A stretch of DNA of 64,000 nt, taken from NCBI GenBank assembly GCA_019634595.1, contig JAHCBC010000006.1, positions 146,980 through 210,979 on the forward strand, read 5' to 3'. The translations under genes were made by a program, and so were the position numbers. Shown piece by piece: positions 60,201 through 64,000 of this stretch (position 1 is the first letter of the stretch; each line of letters opens with the position of its first letter). This stretch comes from Akkermansiaceae bacterium (GTDB lineage: Bacteria > Verrucomicrobiota > Verrucomicrobiia > Verrucomicrobiales > Akkermansiaceae). A model generated the notes under the pieces. That model did no database searches and was not told where the DNA came from. It saw only the letters and a list, made by a program, of their open reading frames with translations.

Positions 60201-60229
60201 AGTATGACATCTTACAGGCGAGGTGGCAA
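60201..60229 (-). promoter_or_regulatory. Sigma70-like promoter of ndh (TTGCCA-N17-CATACT)
   Basis: -35 at 60224-60229, -10 at 60201-60206; the implied TSS is at or next to the ATG at 60194. Confidence 0.65.
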
Positions 60230-60231
60230 TG

Positions 60232-60259
60232 CGAGCTTGTGAAATTTTTCACAAGCTCG
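60232..60259. promoter_or_regulatory. Rex-type (also CRP/FNR-compatible) operator
   Basis: TTGTGAA-ATTT-TTCACAA (60237-60254) inside a 28-bp palindrome CGAGCTTGTGAAA-TT-TTTCACAAGCTCG. Confidence 0.75.
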
Positions 60260-60444
60260 TAATTAACTGTTGATTAGTCTTTTACAGATGAATTACTTCC
60301 TGCTGATGGCTCACATGGAGAAGCCCGGACAAGGCCACCAGAAGATCAGGATCGCGGGATGACGGGAAATGCAACCTGCCTGACGGTTTGGAAAACCGTC
60401 CCTGCCAAAATACCACAGCCAGAGTCAGAACAGCGATCCGGAGA

Positions 60445-61452
60445 TCACTTCCTGCATTTCTCCAGAAGGCTGCCGAGGAAATGGGTGATCTGGATCAAGG
60501 CGGCCGAATGAACGGATTCGCCGAGTGTGGCCACATCCGCGCGGCACTGGTCCAGCAGCTTCAGGGCGGTGTCCACGGCGCTTTCGATGGCTCCCTCATA
60601 TTCGGCGATGCCGACGAGCACGGGGAGATCCAGGTCTTCCTGCGCCAGGATGCGCTTGTTGAGCTTGGTGCGCTGCGCCTCGGAGGAGTTTTCCAGCAGG
60701 TTCAGGATGGGGAGGGTGAGTTTGCCCTTGGCCAGGTCGGTGCGGAGGGTCTTGCCGACCACTTCTTCCGAGCCCACGAGGTCGAGGCAGTCGTCGTAGA
60801 TCTGGTAGGCGGTTCCCAGCTTCATGCCGTAGCTGTAAAGATGGGCCTCGGTTTCCTGGCTCACGCCGGAAAGCCTGCCGGCCAGGCCGGTGGCGGCGGC
60901 GAAAAGCGCGCCCGTCTTCATCTCGATGATGCGGAAATAGTCCGGCTTGGAGAGCGAAAGGTCGAAGCGGCGCTGGGTCTGGATGATCTCCCCCTGGCAG
61001 ACTTCGCGGGCGGCGAGGCCCACCTTGCGGCAGACGTCGATGCTGTCGAAATCCGTCGCGAGGGTCAGCGCGTGGGAGAACAGGGCGTCCCCCAGCAGGA
61101 CGGAGAGAGCGTTGCCCCACTTCGCGTTCGCGGTGGGCACCATGCGGCGGGTGTTCGCCCCGTCCATGATGTCGTCATGGACCAGGGTCGCCATGTGGAT
61201 GAGTTCCAGGATGACGCCCAGCTTCAGGTGGTCGTCGGACACTTCCCCGACCGCGCCGCCCGCGAGGATGGAAAGGGCGGGGCGGATCCGCTTGCCGGAG
61301 GTGTTGCACACGTAGGCGACGTAGGGTTCCACCGCGGGGTCGAAGGCCCTGACCTGCTCGCGGATCGCGGCTTCCACCTTCTCCAACTGCGGGCGGACGA
61401 GTTCGAACGGGAAGAGATCGCTGCGGGTTGGAGTGGTGTTGCTGGCTGCCAT
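60445..61452 (-). CDS. Polyprenyl diphosphate synthase (likely long-chain, IspB-like)
   Basis: GKRIRP, HMATLVHDDIMD, RR, LLGD, KTGALF, FARM/SARM motifs, DLAKGKLTLP. Confidence 0.92.
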   Translation of the reverse strand: MAASNTTPTRSDLFPFELVRPQLEKVEAAIREQVRAFDPAVEPYVAYVCNTSGKRIRPALSILAGGAVGEVSDDHLKLGVILELIHMATLVHDDIMDGANTRRMVPTANAKWGNALSVLLGDALFSHALTLATDFDSIDVCRKVGLAAREVCQGEIIQTQRRFDLSLSKPDYFRIIEMKTGALFAAATGLAGRLSGVSQETEAHLYSYGMKLGTAYQIYDDCLDLVGSEEVVGKTLRTDLAKGKLTLPILNLLENSSEAQRTKLNKRILAQEDLDLPVLVGIAEYEGAIESAVDTALKLLDQCRADVATLGESVHSAALIQITHFLGSLLEKCRK

Positions 61453-61561
61453 GGGGCGGGAAAGGACTCCGACAAGCATTCACAGTCCGGGGTTTCCCGC
61501 AACCCGGATATTGCAGGAAGAACTTGAAAGACCGCCCGGGGCATGGCGTTTTCAAGTTGTG

Positions 61562-62356
61562 ATGAAACTCAACCGATGGATGTTGGCCGGTATGATGACC
61601 GGTGCCGCAAATATGGCGACAGGCCAGATTCATGGCTACAAGGACACGGAAAAGCTCCCGGGCGTGCCATGGGGTGTCCATGATCCCGACCGCCCTCAGC
61701 CCCGCGTGGTGGAGACCGCCGGCGCGGTGGTCGTGAAGCCGCCGTCCGATGCGACCGTGCTCTTTGACGGAAAGAACCTCGACGCCTGGACCCAGAATGG
61801 CGGCCCCGCCCCTTGGGAGATCAAGGACGGCGTCATGGTCGTCGGAAAAAAGGACATCCAGACGAAGGAATCCTTCGGTGCGGTGCAGCTCCACTTCGAA
61901 TGGCGTCTCCCGGCCGACCGCAAGGTGGACGGCCAGAAGGGCGGCAACAGCGGCTTTTTCCTGATGGGCATGTATGAGGTCCAGGTGCTCCAGAGCAACA
62001 ACAACCCGACCTATCCGGACGGTCAGGCGGGTTCCCTCTACGGCCAGCTCCCGCCGCTGGTGAACGCCACCTCCCCGCAGGGTGAGTGGAACAGCTACGA
62101 CATCACCTTCGTGCCGCCGGTCTACAAGGACGGCAAGGTGGAGTCCCCCGCCCGCATCACCATCTTCCACAACGGCGTGGTCGTGCAGAACGGTGAGGCC
62201 TACCTGGGCACCACCCAACACAAAAAACTCGCCACCTATCCGGAAAAGCACCCGGAAACCGGCCCGATCCGCATCCAGGATCACAATGACCCGATGGAGT
62301 TCCGCAACATCTGGATCCGCCCGCTCGGCGAGCGTGACCAGCCTGCGAAACCTTGA
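61562..62356 (+). CDS. DUF1080 (3-keto-disaccharide hydrolase family) protein
   Basis: PPSDATVLFDGKNL, QLHFEW, GNSG, YEVQVL, GEWNSYDI, IQDHNDPMEFRNIWIR. Confidence 0.9.
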   Translation: MKLNRWMLAGMMTGAANMATGQIHGYKDTEKLPGVPWGVHDPDRPQPRVVETAGAVVVKPPSDATVLFDGKNLDAWTQNGGPAPWEIKDGVMVVGKKDIQTKESFGAVQLHFEWRLPADRKVDGQKGGNSGFFLMGMYEVQVLQSNNNPTYPDGQAGSLYGQLPPLVNATSPQGEWNSYDITFVPPVYKDGKVESPARITIFHNGVVVQNGEAYLGTTQHKKLATYPEKHPETGPIRIQDHNDPMEFRNIWIRPLGERDQPAKP

Positions 62357-62410
62357 TTTGTGCGGAATCCTCCTTGATTGGAGGCAGGGGTGACCTAGAC
62401 TCCGGGTGAA

Positions 62411-64000
62411 ATGAAAACGCGTTTGAAATGGATCGTCGTTCCCGCTTTCGCCCTGGGTCTGGGATCCTGCAAAAAGGAAGCAGCCCCATCCACGACGGAG
62501 ACACCTGCGGAGCAGCAGGGGGTGGTTGAGAAGGCGGTCGAAAAGGTGAAGGACGCCGTCGCGGAGGTGATCCCTTCCAAAGCCGCATCCCCCGAAGAGC
62601 GCGCCGCGAAGCTCGGTTTCGTCAAGCATCTGCCGAAGAACACCGAGTCCCTTTTCACCGTCTATGGAGCCGCCAAAACCGCCGAAAAGGCGAAGGCGCT
62701 GAAACTCTGGAAGCTGATCGAGGATGAAATGGGCACCGAAGTGCTGCCCGACGGTGCCGACGCCGAACCCCCTCTTGATGGAGCCGCCGCTCCCGCCGAA
62801 GGCGCCACGGATGCGGCCGCCGTCCCCGCCACCGAGGCTGGTGTCGCGGACACCCCCACACCTGCCGCGGAGGATGCCGCCGCGGATCCGGCTGCATTCG
62901 ACCCGAAGGCGCTCTGGGCGGATGAAGTCACCGTCGCTCTCGGAGGAGGCAGCGGGGAGCAGCTCGGTCATCTCCTGCACCTTTACCGCCGCTTCAGCTA
63001 CTTCCAGGTCCGGCAGTCCACGAAGGCCCTTCTCGCGCAGGCAAAGAGCGCGGAGGCCGATGCTGATGCGGAGGCCCTGGCCGCCGATTACATGCAGCTC
63101 ATCGTGGATCTGCTGAACGATCCTGAAGGTGGAGTGGGCACGTTGGAGAAGGTTTCCTTCCCGTCCATCTACCTTGCCAGCAAGGTGGATTCCGCGAACC
63201 GGCAGAAAGCGGCGGAGGAAATCTCCTCATCCCTCGGGATTGTCGGCAGCCTTTCCGAGTTCGCGGAACCGGTCGAGGTTGAGAAAGCGGGCGCGAAGTT
63301 CTCCGGCTATAAACTGAAAGGAGCCAAGCTGGCCGAGGTCATGCAGGGCGAGCGGGGGAATCTGGAGGAAACCATCGAAGCCGAGAAGCTGGACCGCCTC
63401 TTCGCCTCCATCGCCAAGAAAGACATCGTGATCCTCACCGGCACCATCGGGGACTATGTCGTGCTGTTCTTCGGTGGCTCTGAGAGCGAGTTCGAACTGG
63501 CGGCGGAAGCGAAGGACTCGCTGGCAGCGGTCGATTCGCTGAAGTTCGCGGATGAATACCTTTCCAAGGACCTGATGGCGCTGGCATACGGCGCGAAGGA
63601 TTCCCTGAAAACCCTCATGGACAACGCCTCCGGCCTTGCCGATACGGCCAAGGGCATCCGTGATGGCCTCAGCGGTGACGAGGGGCTGGGGGACACCCGC
63701 GAGATCGAATCGCTGATCCAGTTGGTGGTGGAGCGCGAGGAGTCGCTCCGCAAACTGTCCCGCGTGGACGACAGTGGAACCGTCGCCTTCTATGAGGACG
63801 GCCTGAAGATCGAATCCTCCGGTGGAGTGGACCAGGGCGCGCTGGACTGGAAGGCGGATTCGAAGCTGTCCCACCTCGGGGATTCCCCGGATGTGGTCCT
63901 GTTCGCCAACGGAACGGTCGATGCCAGCTATGACAAGGCTTCGACGGAGTTCGTGGAGGCCATTTTCGAAACCGCCTACGCCATCACCCGGAAAGTAGCC
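62411..64000 (+). CDS. Hypothetical lipoprotein, runs off the window end
   Basis: MKTRLKWIVVPAFALGLGSC lipobox; missing from the ORF track, consistent with no stop codon before the edge; first ~270 codons read manually with no stop. Confidence 0.8.
   Translation, partial: MKTRLKWIVVPAFALGLGSCKKEAAPSTTETPAEQQGVVEKAVEKVKDAVAEVIPSKAASPEERAAKLGFVKHLPKNTESLFTVYGAAKTAEKAKALKLWKLIEDEMGTEVLPDGADAEPPLDGAAAPAEGATDAAAVPATEAGVADTPTPAAEDAAADPAAFDPKALWADEVTVALGGGSGEQLGHLLHLYRRFSYFQVRQSTKALLAQAKSAEADADAEALAADYMQLIVDLLNDPEGGVGTLEKVSFPSIYLASKVDSANRQKAAEEISSSLGIVGSLSEFAEPVEVEKAGAKFSGYKLKGAKLAEVMQGERGNLEETIEAEKLDRLFASIAKKDIVILTGTIGDYVVLFFGGSESEFELAAEAKDSLAAVDSLKFADEYLSKDLMALAYGAKDSLKTLMDNASGLADTAKGIRDGLSGDEGLGDTREIESLIQLVVEREESLRKLSRVDDSGTVAFYEDGLKIESSGGVDQGALDWKADSKLSHLGDSPDVVLFANGTVDASYDKASTEFVEAIFETAYAITRKVA

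Noticed and set aside
60288-60362. 24-codon ORF (MNYFLLMAHMEKPGQGHQKIRIAG) divergent from ndh
   Set aside because: No RBS or other support visible; would need ribosome profiling or conservation data.
1-64000. tRNA, rRNA, riboswitch or intact IS/integrase
   Set aside because: No cloverleaf or T-loop signature, rRNA-like tract or transposase/integrase ORF recognised by eye; a covariance-model scan would be needed to exclude small RNAs.

Overview
GC-rich bacterial chromosomal window with PVC-superphylum hallmarks (two PEP-CTERM proteins, a DUF1549/DUF1553 + DUF1501 pair, an ECF sigma with FecR-LamG anti-sigma); it reads like a Luteolibacter-type Verrucomicrobium (inference). Housekeeping genes (sucA partial, sucB, panC, metG, ispH, ispD, ndh, polyprenyl synthase) are interleaved with accessory genes. 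No tRNA, rRNA, CRISPR array or intact transposase was seen. Most notable: (1) a 634-aa fusion of an SSS/DUR3-like permease to an enediyne-PKS-type hot-dog thioesterase; (2) a 1895-aa DUF4062-nSTAND1-TM-WD40-TPR NLR-like protein whose 43-bp promoter block is duplicated around a lower-GC gene; (3) an ECF/FecR locus with twin ~800-aa unknown secreted paralogs flanking a PEP-CTERM gene; (4) two overlapping atypical LysR genes under an AT-rich region with a perfect 24-bp palindrome but no divergent target; (5) about seven distinct REP/REPIN-like repeat types in intergenic spaces; (6) a perfect Rex/CRP-type box and an apparently leaderless promoter at ndh. Assignments come from motif recognition by eye; no database searches were run.
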